Virus record (IMG/VR): IMGVR_UViG_3300007735_000804
Coordinates: 149,275 to 213,274 of that record
DNA: 64,000 nucleotides
Reading direction: 5' to 3' (one strand)
Part shown: positions 29,145 through 38,254 of the stretch, piece by piece
Layout: each line of letters starts with the position of its first letter
How positions within the stretch are numbered: position 1 is the first letter of the stretch
The notes under the pieces: generated by a model
Told to the model about the DNA's origin: nothing
Seen by the model: the letters and a program-made list of their open reading frames with translations, nothing else
Databases searched by the model: none
Made by a program: the position numbers and the translations under genes

Positions 29145-29864
29145 CTAGGCGAAAAAACTTGTTAGACCCTCCAGAACAACCTCACTTTCAACATCTGTAT
29201 TTGGATTCTTAATCTTAATAGTATGAGAAAGTTTTGGCATAGTCTCAAAGAATTTCTCAATTTGCTTAAATTGTTGTGATGTAAGTTGTTCTAGAAACTC
29301 TTTAAGTTCTTTCTTTGTTACATCAGATGCCGACCAAGATTCTTCTTCATTATAAATTTGCTCGACACAGGCACAAATCATATCAAAAGTATCATCAACA
29401 GAAATATTATTATCAGAAGTAAAATTATTTTTAATGAACTCTTGCATTGAAGGATATTTCATTCTCAACGTCAGATTTTCATCAAGTTTAATATCTCTTG
29501 AATGATCTTCTCTAAATTCTACTTGAATATCATCCAAATTAATACTCATTGGAACTTGTGTAGTATTATCATCTGGACAAGTAAGTAAAATGTCTACACT
29601 TTCTCCAACAGACTTTCCACGAATATTAAGAAACAAATATTCAATATCAAAAGTTGCCAGTTGCTCAATTTTAATACCACGAGTTATGATGCAGTTACTA
29701 ATAACTTCTTTAACAGATTCTGCGATTTGCTTTGGATCTTCACTCTCCATCGCAATAATCAGAATCTTTTCTTCTTTAACAAGAAATGGTCGATATTTAA
29801 CTGATTTTTTTAATGACGGAATTTCCAACTCATACGTTGGCGTAGAAATCTTTGGTAAAGGCAT
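29145..29864 (-). CDS. gp26: Baseplate hub subunit gp26
   Basis: MPLPKISTPTYELEIPS...YRPFLVKEEKIL...FDIEYLFLNIRGKSVGE. Confidence 0.9.
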   Translation of the reverse strand: MPLPKISTPTYELEIPSLKKSVKYRPFLVKEEKILIIAMESEDPKQIAESVKEVISNCIITRGIKIEQLATFDIEYLFLNIRGKSVGESVDILLTCPDDNTTQVPMSINLDDIQVEFREDHSRDIKLDENLTLRMKYPSMQEFIKNNFTSDNNISVDDTFDMICACVEQIYNEEESWSASDVTKKELKEFLEQLTSQQFKQIEKFFETMPKLSHTIKIKNPNTDVESEVVLEGLTSFFA

Positions 29865-29890
29865 AATGACCTATAGAACTTCAGTAAAAT

Positions 29891-29898
29891 TATTTATA
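29891..29898 (-). promoter_or_regulatory. T4 late promoter TATAAATA
   Basis: tatttata on plus, a perfect T4 late consensus 27 nt upstream of gp26. Confidence 0.75.
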
Positions 29899-29901
29899 GT
29901 C

Positions 29902-30741
29902 TTATGGACCAAATCCTGGAGGATATTGTCCTATTTCTTTAGCAACATAATCGGGCGATCTGTTCCAATCAATACTATTAGTAGTATCTACAGAAAAATT
30001 ATAACTTTCTTGAGTTGCACTAAAAATATCTTCTGAAGATAATGAACTATCAAGAGGTCTATTCCCATCTAAAGGATCTAAATTATTATTATTTCCTAAA
30101 ACTTCATCAATACGATTAGTTTTACCTGCAATATAACGATCATAACTAAATGTTGCAGATACTTTAAGTGTATCAGAACTCATGTATGAGACAGGAATTG
30201 AACTCATATTTCTTGGATAAAATCCTCTGAAATTATACTCAATTTCTTTTTTATAATCCCTATCAAACTTTACAATCTTTACAGCATTTGCTTTATAATA
30301 TGCAGGATATTGCATTCTTACGAAGTAATTATTAACATTCTGACTAATTGGAGCATTTTCACCTCCTAATCCAATAGAATTGAAAGATCCACTAGCAATA
30401 AATTCCATCCATGATTCTAAAAATTTAATCATTCTATAATCTCGATCAACATAAAAATCAAAACTAATTTCATCATAAATTCTAGAGTGTGCAAATTTTT
30501 CCTGAACTCCCATAAAGTTTCCAGAAATTGTATTTGATCCTAAATTAGTTGTTGGAAGTGAAGCACTGTAGCAAAGAAGACCTGCACTTTCTGCAATAAA
30601 TCTAGAATCAACACCTTTACCCCCCAAAAAAGTCATCAATTCTGGTGGAAGAGAACCAAATTGAACTTCGTAATGAGAAGTTTGGGCCAGACTTGTTAAT
30701 AGTGGTTTAATATCCGATATTCTACGGGGACTTACTGCCAC
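29902..30741 (-). CDS. gp54: Baseplate tail-tube initiator gp54-like
   Basis: LAQTSHYEVQF...GLLCYSASLP...FYVDRDY..IKFLESWMEFI...MQYP; divergent from gp4. Confidence 0.7.
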   Translation of the reverse strand: MAVSPRRISDIKPLLTSLAQTSHYEVQFGSLPPELMTFLGGKGVDSRFIAESAGLLCYSASLPTTNLGSNTISGNFMGVQEKFAHSRIYDEISFDFYVDRDYRMIKFLESWMEFIASGSFNSIGLGGENAPISQNVNNYFVRMQYPAYYKANAVKIVKFDRDYKKEIEYNFRGFYPRNMSSIPVSYMSSDTLKVSATFSYDRYIAGKTNRIDEVLGNNNNLDPLDGNRPLDSSLSSEDIFSATQESYNFSVDTTNSIDWNRSPDYVAKEIGQYPPGFGP

Positions 30742-30742
30742 T

Positions 30743-30781
30743 CTAAATACCTTATATGATTTTTACAGTATAAGTATTTAG
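30743..30781. promoter_or_regulatory. Pair of face-to-face CTAAATA late-promoter motifs serving gp4 (plus, 30743-30749) and gp54 (minus, 30775-30781)
   Basis: ctaaata and tatttag both lie in the 40-bp intergenic gap. Confidence 0.55.
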
Positions 30782-31219
30782 ATGTCTTATAAGGGAAAAT
30801 ACAAACCATCATACCCAAAAAAATATAAGGGAGATCCAACAAATATCATCTATCGTTCTTTGTGGGAGCGTAAATTTATGGTTTATTGTGATACCAATGA
30901 AAAAATATTAGAATGGGGCAGTGAAGAAGTATTTGTATGGTACAAGTCTCCAATTGATGGGAAACCTCACCGATATTTTCCAGATTTTTATATCAAAGTT
31001 CAAGAAGCAAACGGAACCACTAAAAAATATCTTATTGAAATCAAACCACGAAGGCAGACGGTTCCACCAATAAAACCTCAAAGACAGACAAAAAAATACA
31101 TCAGTGAAGTCTATGAGTATGCTAAAAATCAATCAAAGTGGGAAGCAGCACGAGAATGGTGTGCTGATCGTGGATATGAGTTCAAAATCATCACGGAATC
31201 AGAATTAGGTATCGGTTAA
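30782..31219 (+). CDS. gp4: Head completion nuclease gp4
   Basis: YKGKYKP..PKKYKGDPTNIIYRSLWERKFM..CD...W.SEE...HRYFPDF...EIKP...NQSKWEAA. Confidence 0.92.
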   Translation: MSYKGKYKPSYPKKYKGDPTNIIYRSLWERKFMVYCDTNEKILEWGSEEVFVWYKSPIDGKPHRYFPDFYIKVQEANGTTKKYLIEIKPRRQTVPPIKPQRQTKKYISEVYEYAKNQSKWEAAREWCADRGYEFKIITESELGIG

Positions 31220-31587
31220 TGCCTAGAAAGACACTTCAACAACGAAATCGCATTGCTCCCCTCGTTAAAAAACTGATTGGGATTGAAAGTGCTGATGATT
31301 TAATGCTTGAACTGATGAATGTTCTCACAGAAACTAAAGAACCTCCAAGAGCTGGACGTTATTATATTTTTGTTTATAATGCTAAAACACCAAATATGAG
31401 ATATGATCAAAATCCATTTGTTTATATAAAGAATGTTTATACCTGGGGTTTTAGGGCATTAAATTATCATTGGGGTGAAGATAGACAATATACTTGGGAT
31501 GAAATCGCTGGAGGAATATATGAGATTTATAAAGACGAAATTGCAGATATGAGAAGAATACCTTTTGGCAATATTCGAACTAAATAA
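31219..31587 (+). CDS. gp2: DNA end protector gp2 (short cyanophage form)
   Basis: GRYYIFVYNAKTP..RYDQNP.V......WGF..LNYHW; follows gp4. Confidence 0.7.
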   Translation: MPRKTLQQRNRIAPLVKKLIGIESADDLMLELMNVLTETKEPPRAGRYYIFVYNAKTPNMRYDQNPFVYIKNVYTWGFRALNYHWGEDRQYTWDEIAGGIYEIYKDEIADMRRIPFGNIRTK

Positions 31588-31600
31588 CTAAAAAACATAA

Positions 31601-32515
31601 ATGGCGGCCGCAACGCAAGATTTAAAAATATTTCGTTATCCTTATAAAAAACTTGAAAAAAATGAAGATTATCTAAAAATAGAGTGCTTGGAATATAGAC
31701 CTCCAGGTATTGGTGAATCTTTTGGTGTTTCAGACTTTGGGTTAGCAAGTTCAGATGATGCTTATCGTAGTGTAGGACAAAAAGATATAAGAGGAACAAT
31801 TATATTACCAATACCAGAAGGACTTCCTCAAAATGGAAATAGTGTTTCTTGGGGAGATAGTAAAATAAATCCCTTACAAGCAGGATTAATTGGGGTAGGA
31901 AATGAAGCTGTAACTGGAGGTCCAATTGAAGGAGTTAAAGCTTTATTTAATACAGGTGCAAAAGTTTTAGAGGCAGCACAAACGGGAGTCGGTCAAAAGG
32001 CAGTTCAATCTGGATTTGTTAGTGCTGCAGTAGGGCAGTTGCTAGCGCAAGACAACTTATTTGCTGATGTTTTAGGGAGACAAACTGGTGCTGTTTTTAA
32101 TGAAAATGTAGAACTACTTTTCCGTGGAATTAATCTACGTGATGCGTTTAGTTTTACTTTTGATATAATACCAAGATTTAAAAAAGAAGCAGAAGAAGTA
32201 AAGCAAATGATAATTTTCCTCAAAAAAGAAATGTCTGCTAAAAAAGGAACAAGTTCCGGATCTGCCTCTGGTTTATTTTTAAAAGCACCAAGCGTATTCA
32301 AAATTCAATATATGAGTGGTGGAAAACCCCACCCCTATCTAAATAGGTTCAAGATTTGTGCAATGCCTTCTCTCTCGGTCAACTTTAATGGATCGAATAC
32401 CTATGCAACATATTCTGATGGAACACCAGTTCATATGCAATTAACTTTAACGTTCCAAGAACTGACTCCAATTTACGATGTAGATTATAACAACCCAGTA
32501 GGTACAGGTTACTAA
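31601..32515 (+). CDS. gp48: Baseplate tail-tube cap gp48
   Basis: IILPIP...N.V.WG, FNENVELLF.G...R.FSF.F...PR...EA, P.VF.IQY, CAM.S..VN, TFQEL.PI. Confidence 0.88.
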   Translation: MAAATQDLKIFRYPYKKLEKNEDYLKIECLEYRPPGIGESFGVSDFGLASSDDAYRSVGQKDIRGTIILPIPEGLPQNGNSVSWGDSKINPLQAGLIGVGNEAVTGGPIEGVKALFNTGAKVLEAAQTGVGQKAVQSGFVSAAVGQLLAQDNLFADVLGRQTGAVFNENVELLFRGINLRDAFSFTFDIIPRFKKEAEEVKQMIIFLKKEMSAKKGTSSGSASGLFLKAPSVFKIQYMSGGKPHPYLNRFKICAMPSLSVNFNGSNTYATYSDGTPVHMQLTLTFQELTPIYDVDYNNPVGTGY

Positions 32516-33162
32516 TGACTTATTTTAGAGAGTTACCAAATCTAGAATATCAATCCTTTCTATCAGATAGAAAATCTGTTGATGAATACATAACGGTTAA
32601 AAATTTATTTCGTAGAGTCAAACTTCGTGACGATCTACAAAATGTTTTCACAATTTTTGACAAATACCAAATACCTGATGGTTCAAGACCTGAATTAGTT
32701 GCAGAAGAACTTTATGGTAACACTCAATATGATTGGGTTGTTTTAATTGGTGCAGGAATTACAAGAGTCAGAGACCAATGGCCTCTTTCTGATGCACAAG
32801 TTTATGATTATGCAGAATCAATTTATGGTGCAGATTTAAATACCATACATCACTATGAAACTACAGAAGTTAAAGACTCACAAGATCGTCTAATTCTTCC
32901 AGCAGGTAAAGTTGTTGATTCTAATTTTACAATTCCAAATCCAAGCAGTCCAGCAGAATCTTTAAATCCAGTAGTAGGAATATCAAACTATGAATATGAA
33001 GTTCTGAAAAATAACGAAAAACGTAGTATTTACGTTATCAGACCACGATATCTTCAGCAAGTTTTAAATGATACAAGAAAAGCGATGACTTATGATCAAT
33101 CATCGCAATATGTAAATAATAAACTTATTAAAACCGAAAATACAAGGGCATCAAACCCATAA
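32515..33162 (+). CDS. gp53: Baseplate wedge subunit gp53
   Basis: YFRELPNLEY...VKNLFRRVKLR...RPELVAEELYG...DWVVL...QWP...IHHYET. Confidence 0.9.
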   Translation: MTYFRELPNLEYQSFLSDRKSVDEYITVKNLFRRVKLRDDLQNVFTIFDKYQIPDGSRPELVAEELYGNTQYDWVVLIGAGITRVRDQWPLSDAQVYDYAESIYGADLNTIHHYETTEVKDSQDRLILPAGKVVDSNFTIPNPSSPAESLNPVVGISNYEYEVLKNNEKRSIYVIRPRYLQQVLNDTRKAMTYDQSSQYVNNKLIKTENTRASNP

Positions 33163-33741
33163 GAGTTTTAAGTTCTTATCAAAGGTCATCACATATCGGT
33201 GTTTGCGGGAGCGTTCTTTCCATTCTCCTGCAGCACCTTTAACTTTGCCTCTAGAGTGTTTAGTTCCGTCTGCATAGTAGAAATCTTTCTTTGGGTCTGA
33301 AAGTCCGCAATATTTAAAATTACAAGCGCGATAGATTGTACCATAATGGAAATCACTATCAGCGTAAAAGATGATTGCCCTAACTTTTGTATCCTTCCGT
33401 AACTGTCTAATCGCTCTTGAAACAAACCAAGAAGTGATATTATATTCGGTTCCTTGGGTTTCAGGGTGGATGCAAAGTCGTGAAAGTTCAAATAGTCCTT
33501 CTTGCTCATTCCGCTCTAGTCCAAATGCTCCTTGTGCGATTTCAGGAACAGGGAGACCTGTGAAGACACAGACTCCCTGAATGCCACCAATATTCAACGG
33601 GCAAAAGTCGTTGCCCTTATAAAGACCGTAGTTATATCCTGAACGAAACCCTTTTGAAAAGTCCTTGAGATAATGAAACCGCAGAAGTAACTCTGCGGCT
33701 TCGGATTTACTTACACGGTCAATGTAGTAATCGTTTTTCAA
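33151..33741 (-). CDS. Mom-like GNAT-fold protein (putative DNA-modification acetyltransferase)
   Basis: HYL...GVCVF...FELSRLCI...SWFVSRAIRQL...YAD...H.GTIYRACNF.Y.G follows the Mu Mom family pattern. Confidence 0.65.
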   Translation of the reverse strand: MKNDYYIDRVSKSEAAELLLRFHYLKDFSKGFRSGYNYGLYKGNDFCPLNIGGIQGVCVFTGLPVPEIAQGAFGLERNEQEGLFELSRLCIHPETQGTEYNITSWFVSRAIRQLRKDTKVRAIIFYADSDFHYGTIYRACNFKYCGLSDPKKDFYYADGTKHSRGKVKGAAGEWKERSRKHRYVMTFDKNLKLLWV

Positions 33742-34658
33742 TCTTCGGCAAGACGGGCGAAATACTGCAAGGCATCATCATCCTCATCTTCCTCAACCGC
33801 AGCACGACGGGTGGGTTGAAGATTGTTAAGTTCGGTGCGAAGGTCTTCATCGAGTTCCTTCACAGAACCACGGGTATTATCTTCATCAAGATCTTCGGGG
33901 TCCTGATAGCGAGGAGTGCCTTTGGTGCCAAGAACATAATCAAGACGCTTCTTCAGTTCATCATAAGACTTAAACTGATCGGCAGCGGTCAGTTCGGCAA
34001 GCGAATACTGCTTCTTCCACACTGCTTCCATGGCATCATCATCGTCCAGGAGAGCTTCAGAGCGAGCAAACTCACTGGAGTCATAGTTACGATAACCAGC
34101 GACATTCTTTGCCTTCAGTTTGAAGTTAGCGCCCTGCCAGAAGTCAAACGGATCAATCGCTTCCTCATCTTCAAACTCAGGTTGCATTGCAGCGGTGAGT
34201 TTGTCAAAGATCTTCTTACCATACTTGAACAGGAACACCTTACCTTCGTTGGCAGGGTTGGCAGGATCCTTCACCACATAGATGTTGGACACATAGGTCA
34301 GTTTACGCTTCTGCTTGCGGGCAAGTTCTTTACCAGCATCAGTGCCGTTGTTCCAGAGTTCGGAGTTCAGTTCGGACACAGGATCCTTCTGACCCAGAGT
34401 AGTCAGGGAGTTCTCAATATACCAACCACCAGGACCTTGGAAGGCGTGGGAATAGAGTTTCACAAACGGCAGGTCTTCGCCGTTAGGGGCAGGTAGGAAA
34501 CGGATCACGGCATAACCATTGCCGCCCTTATCTACATCCAGTTTCCACAGACGGTCATCACTAGAACCGCTGCTAGTATTCATTTTTTCTACTTCTTTGA
34601 CCAGTTTGGCAGTAAGATTGCCAAGTTTGGACTGCTTTTTAAGGTCGGAAAACGACAT
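33738..34658 (-). CDS. gp32: Single-stranded DNA-binding protein gp32
   Basis: DDRLWK...GNGYAVIRFLP...HAFQGPGGWYIENSLTTLGQKDPV...GKKIFDK...FDFWQGANFKLK, with an acidic tail. Confidence 0.95.
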   Translation of the reverse strand: MSFSDLKKQSKLGNLTAKLVKEVEKMNTSSGSSDDRLWKLDVDKGGNGYAVIRFLPAPNGEDLPFVKLYSHAFQGPGGWYIENSLTTLGQKDPVSELNSELWNNGTDAGKELARKQKRKLTYVSNIYVVKDPANPANEGKVFLFKYGKKIFDKLTAAMQPEFEDEEAIDPFDFWQGANFKLKAKNVAGYRNYDSSEFARSEALLDDDDAMEAVWKKQYSLAELTAADQFKSYDELKKRLDYVLGTKGTPRYQDPEDLDEDNTRGSVKELDEDLRTELNNLQPTRRAAVEEDEDDDALQYFARLAED

Positions 34659-34701
34659 TTGGATTACCTCGGATAGTTTGGATTCGGGGGATTACTCGGA
34701 T

Positions 34702-34730
34702 AGTATAGCGAAGATTGAATCACCTGTCAA
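34702..34730 (-). promoter_or_regulatory. sigma70-type promoter of gp32
   Basis: TTGACA-17 nt-TATACT on minus. Confidence 0.8.
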
Positions 34731-35052
34731 TGAATTGTTTGAGTGACTCAATGGTCTTGTTCATACTACTGAATAAAACTTGCATATCAGTCTCTGGTGG
34801 GAACCCCATCAGAGCCACTGACTTGCGTAGGTTCTCTTTCATCTCAACCGCTTGGGGGTCGTCTGAAAGGGACAACCTAGTATACATCACTCTCTGCTTT
34901 TCTAGCAAGAGCTCAAGTTTTTCAATGTGTTCCAGTTTGGTCTCACGGGGCATCATACCGAAAGTCAAAATGCTTCCGTAGATTTCTTCTTGTAACTTGT
35001 TGATTTCTCTCAATTCGTCTTGAATAATATCGGAGTCAAAAAAGCTACTCAT
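34720..35052 (-). CDS. DUF1825-like conserved cyanobacterial/cyanophage protein
   Basis: FFDSDIIQDE...R.SLSDDPQA pattern; usual position between gp59 and gp32. Confidence 0.7.
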   Translation of the reverse strand: MSSFFDSDIIQDELREINKLQEEIYGSILTFGMMPRETKLEHIEKLELLLEKQRVMYTRLSLSDDPQAVEMKENLRKSVALMGFPPETDMQVLFSSMNKTIESLKQFIDR

Positions 35053-35641
35053 TGATTATTTCCCGTAAAATGCGTTTAAACTGGAATATGTCTGTATTTA
35101 GAAAAGGAGAATACTTTTTGATTTTTAAAGATACGGTCTCCCACACTGGGTCTAAAAGTTTCTTATCAAACTTATTCCCGAACAGGAATATTCTATCATA
35201 GATCACTAGGGTTTCTAGTGAAATTTTCCCACCCAGGAACTTTTTAAGGACGGGTGGATGACCTTTGGAACAGTTCAAGGCATCGTCTAATTTTGTCTCC
35301 GAGAACAATTCGCTGCTTTGTTCTTTGAACAAGTAAGTCAAACTCTGTTGGCGTCGCATCCACTCTTGGTAGGTTCTTTCTCCAGAATTGATAATCTCAC
35401 CAATCCATAAATTACCAGGTGTGTCTGCAGATACAAAGTTTGATACAAGAAAATCTACGACCTCTTTGTCATTATACTTGCGACTTGTTTTTTCGAACCA
35501 GTATTTATCGCGCCGTTTATTAAAAGACGTTAAACTGGCACGAGTCTTTGCACCGTATTTAAAGAAGTCGTATTTTGGGTTTGTGAAATGATTTTTGAGT
35601 GACAAATAATGTTGATAAGTTTCAAAGGGTGTCACAATCAT
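35045..35641 (-). CDS. gp59: Helicase loader gp59
   Basis: YLSLKNHFT..KYDFFKY...SF.KRRDKYWFEK..RK...ISLETL. Confidence 0.9.
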   Translation of the reverse strand: MIVTPFETYQHYLSLKNHFTNPKYDFFKYGAKTRASLTSFNKRRDKYWFEKTSRKYNDKEVVDFLVSNFVSADTPGNLWIGEIINSGERTYQEWMRRQQSLTYLFKEQSSELFSETKLDDALNCSKGHPPVLKKFLGGKISLETLVIYDRIFLFGNKFDKKLLDPVWETVSLKIKKYSPFLNTDIFQFKRILREIINE

Positions 35642-35898
35642 AGAGGCAGTTTTGCTTTCGAAGTTCGTTTCATAAAGTTAAGACGGGTTGCGTCCCACTT
35701 TAATCGCTCTTTCAACGGTTTTGAAATCAGTTTTGTAACTGATTCTACTTCAAGACTATTGATTTCGCAATAATGACAAATCGCATCAATATAATTCATA
35801 TTTTCTGCTGCCACAATATGTTCTATCTCCAAAGCAAACTTTGATGGAGTTAAAAACTTATTCTCGATGACCTGTTCTAATTCTTTATTTGGTTCCAT
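35638..35898 (-). CDS. gp33: Late transcription coactivator gp33 (start reassigned to ATG 35898)
   Basis: KF..EIE..V....NYIDAI..YCE.N.LEVE...KLISKPLKERLK.DA..LNF.K. The longer ORF-track start overlaps the exonuclease. Confidence 0.88.
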   Translation of the reverse strand: MEPNKELEQVIENKFLTPSKFALEIEHIVAAENMNYIDAICHYCEINSLEVESVTKLISKPLKERLKWDATRLNFMKRTSKAKLPL

Positions 35899-36565
35899 AT
35901 TCGTTAAGTTTATCTCCAACAAACTTTCTAATGTATTCTGTGAGAAGTTTGATGTATTTTGATTTGTCTCTTTCTTCATAAACGACGCATTCTCCATTTT
36001 CACAAGCCATGATGATTACAAGTTTTTTGACTGAAATACCAGTCAGTTCGTAGAGCATACAACCATATGCCATACATTGAACAAAATAATGTTCGATCCA
36101 CTCTCGTGGTTTAGGTTTTTTAGAAGTCTTAAAATCGATTATTGATAGTTCGCCATCAAACTCGGCAATACAATCTACGGTTCCAGCAATACCCAGTTGC
36201 TTACTATATAGGGATCCTTCAAGGGCGTAAATATTATTTATGCGTTTTAAATCCGTTTTCGCAATCTTAAAAAGAAAATCCGCCATCGGCGCAACAGGCG
36301 GAAGGTCTTGATTTTTAAGATGGTTTTCTGTAAGAGAATGAAAGTCTGTGCCGCGAGAAGTAGCCGCTTTAGTAACCTTTTGCGCCTCATCCTCACCAAC
36401 CTTTTTGCGCCAGTTATCGAAGATTTCACGATTAAAGTGACTCGTAACAGAGGTAATCGAAACTAGACGAAGAAGAACTTCTTCATCTGGAACTTTATAA
36501 TAACGAACACCATCGATTGTCTCACGCTCCAACTTTGGGAGTTCAATATCAATATGTTTGAACAT
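35885..36565 (-). CDS. PD-(D/E)XK (Cas4-like) exonuclease
   Basis: SITSVTS...RGT.FH...AGTVDCIAEFDGELSIIDFKTS...YF.Q..AY. Confidence 0.88.
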   Translation of the reverse strand: MFKHIDIELPKLERETIDGVRYYKVPDEEVLLRLVSITSVTSHFNREIFDNWRKKVGEDEAQKVTKAATSRGTDFHSLTENHLKNQDLPPVAPMADFLFKIAKTDLKRINNIYALEGSLYSKQLGIAGTVDCIAEFDGELSIIDFKTSKKPKPREWIEHYFVQCMAYGCMLYELTGISVKKLVIIMACENGECVVYEERDKSKYIKLLTEYIRKFVGDKLNEYGTK

Positions 36566-37320
36566 TAAAAACCAGCATCCATTTTTGCCATAATATATTC
36601 TTTGACAAGTCCAGAACGAACAATGTCTTCGACTCCAAATTCAATTATATCAAAAGATGGCATTTTACGCAAGACTGTCATAAAATCGACAATACCATTG
36701 CGCTCATTTGTTTTCTGTAAGTCAGATTGTGAAGCATCACCACAGAAACAAATCTTGGTATTTTCACCCACACGAGTAATGATAGAGTCTAATTCATGGA
36801 AGTTTAGATTTTGAAATTCATCCACGATAATGATGGCATTATCAAGAGTTGTACCACGGAGGAATGAAGTGCTCCAGAACTTGATAGTCTCTTGTGACTT
36901 GAGGTTACCATAAAGCATCTCAAAGTCAGCGTCAGAAGGCATCTGGAACATATACTTCACCATATTCTTATAAGGAATCTGATAAATGTCTGCCTTGTCT
37001 TCATGAGAACCAGGCAGGAATCCAATCTCTCTTGTGGCAACTAATGAACGAACAAGATAAATTCTTTCATAAGGACTTCTTTCATCAAGAACATCTTTTA
37101 AAGCGTTATAAAGGGTAATGAAAGTTTTACCTGTTCCGGCACAACCATACGCGACAATGTGTTTACCTTCAGCATAAGAATCAAAAAGTTTTCTTTGATT
37201 ATCTGTAAGAGGATCAATATCGACCAAATAATCGGAACTTAATGGTTTTTTACGCTTCATTTGACGAGTAGTAAGACCAACCCCGATTGGTTGCTCTGCT
37301 CTTCTGTTTCTTCTTGCCAT
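36565..37320 (-). CDS. phoH: PhoH-like ATPase
   Basis: G.AGTGKT Walker A, RSLV..REIGFLPG, FLRGTTL, DEFQN, GD..Q.DL, IVRSGLV. Confidence 0.95.
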   Translation of the reverse strand: MARRNRRAEQPIGVGLTTRQMKRKKPLSSDYLVDIDPLTDNQRKLFDSYAEGKHIVAYGCAGTGKTFITLYNALKDVLDERSPYERIYLVRSLVATREIGFLPGSHEDKADIYQIPYKNMVKYMFQMPSDADFEMLYGNLKSQETIKFWSTSFLRGTTLDNAIIIVDEFQNLNFHELDSIITRVGENTKICFCGDASQSDLQKTNERNGIVDFMTVLRKMPSFDIIEFGVEDIVRSGLVKEYIMAKMDAGF

Positions 37321-37321
37321 A

Positions 37322-37570
37322 TTAGAGTTTCTTTACATTTGAACCTGGTGCTCTAGATGCCTTATCTAGGACATCATTCCATCCTGGATTTCGATTGATA
37401 AGTTTATTTCTCCACTCTCCCACTTCTCCAGGAGAAGGGCAAGTAGAAGGATCAGACCAATCGCGGATCCATTCTGGATTCTCATTTTTCCACTGATCCC
37501 AGTCGTGGATACTCATTTCCACTTCTTTCTGTTCACCAGTTTTTGTATTCACTACAGGATATGTTGCCAT
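37322..37570 (-). CDS. Conserved T4-like hypothetical protein (82 aa)
   Basis: MATYPVVN..TGEQKEV.MS..DWDQW...GW..VL.K...PGS.V, at its usual position between thyX and phoH. Confidence 0.75.
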   Translation of the reverse strand: MATYPVVNTKTGEQKEVEMSIHDWDQWKNENPEWIRDWSDPSTCPSPGEVGEWRNKLINRNPGWNDVLDKASRAPGSNVKKL

Positions 37571-37597
37571 TGTTATAATTTCAAGATATTTTATTTA

Positions 37598-38254
37598 TCA
37601 GTAAATCCAACCCTCAAACTTCGTCCATTCAAGTGCCTCTGCAACTGAAGGAAACTGCTCAATAAAAACATTTTTACATGCAAGTGCGATATCCATATGT
37701 TCCTTTTGAGTTCCGTTTGCGGTGCGAAGATTAATGTAATGGATCCAACTGCGACAAGATCCGCTCATATAGATGCGTGTGGGCGTCGCCAAGGGCAGTA
37801 CAAACCTTGCACACTCTTTTGCTACACCATGAGTAAGAAGTTCTTTGTAGAGTTGCATAGAGTGTGTAAAATGCTCTTGAATCTTGCTCTGCAATTTGAG
37901 TTTCTCATATCCTGGAATATCATCAATCGAATTCTGACGATTCTTGGTATCTTGACGACGAAGATCGGGAACAGGAATATATTCGGAAATCAATGAAGTA
38001 TCAGCATAACGCTGGGAAAACTCTTGATAGGTGAATGAACGGTGACGCAGAATCTGTGCTGCAATGCCACGGTTCGTTTCGATCTCAAGAGTCATAAAAG
38101 ACTGCTCAAAAACAGACCAATGATTATGCTTAATGCAATAAGCAAGCAACTTGGCATAGTTTTCGTTCTCTTGATTAGCAGGGTTGCTAACTCTAGCAAC
38201 ATACGCCATTGTTTTTTCTGCATCGGGTGTCACGCTGATGAGTTTTACTGCCAT
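37598..38254 (-). CDS. thyX: FAD-dependent thymidylate synthase ThyX
   Basis: HWSVFEQ, QILRHRSFTYQEFSQRY (ThyX motif), AKECARFVLP, RSWIHYI.LR...GTQKEH. Confidence 0.95.
   Translation of the reverse strand: MAVKLISVTPDAEKTMAYVARVSNPANQENENYAKLLAYCIKHNHWSVFEQSFMTLEIETNRGIAAQILRHRSFTYQEFSQRYADTSLISEYIPVPDLRRQDTKNRQNSIDDIPGYEKLKLQSKIQEHFTHSMQLYKELLTHGVAKECARFVLPLATPTRIYMSGSCRSWIHYINLRTANGTQKEHMDIALACKNVFIEQFPSVAEALEWTKFEGWIY

Noticed and set aside
33816-34496. 226-aa plus-strand ORF
   Set aside because: It is fully antisense to gp32, and is a shadow ORF produced by strong codon bias with no recognisable motifs.
35899-36003. N-terminal extension of gp33 in the ORF track
   Set aside because: It overlaps the exonuclease C-terminus in another frame; gp33 similarity starts at the ATG at 35898.
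35885-36565. Cas4 as evidence of a CRISPR system
   Set aside because: It is the stand-alone Cas4-like exonuclease in the cyanomyophage core next to phoH and gp33, with no array or other cas genes.
36565-37600. Pho box upstream of phoH
   Set aside because: No convincing direct-repeat Pho box was found in the short intergenic gaps.
37598-38254. Intron or homing endonuclease in the thymidylate synthase gene, as in T4 td
   Set aside because: The gene is an uninterrupted thyX, and no GIY-YIG or HNH ORF is visible in the window.
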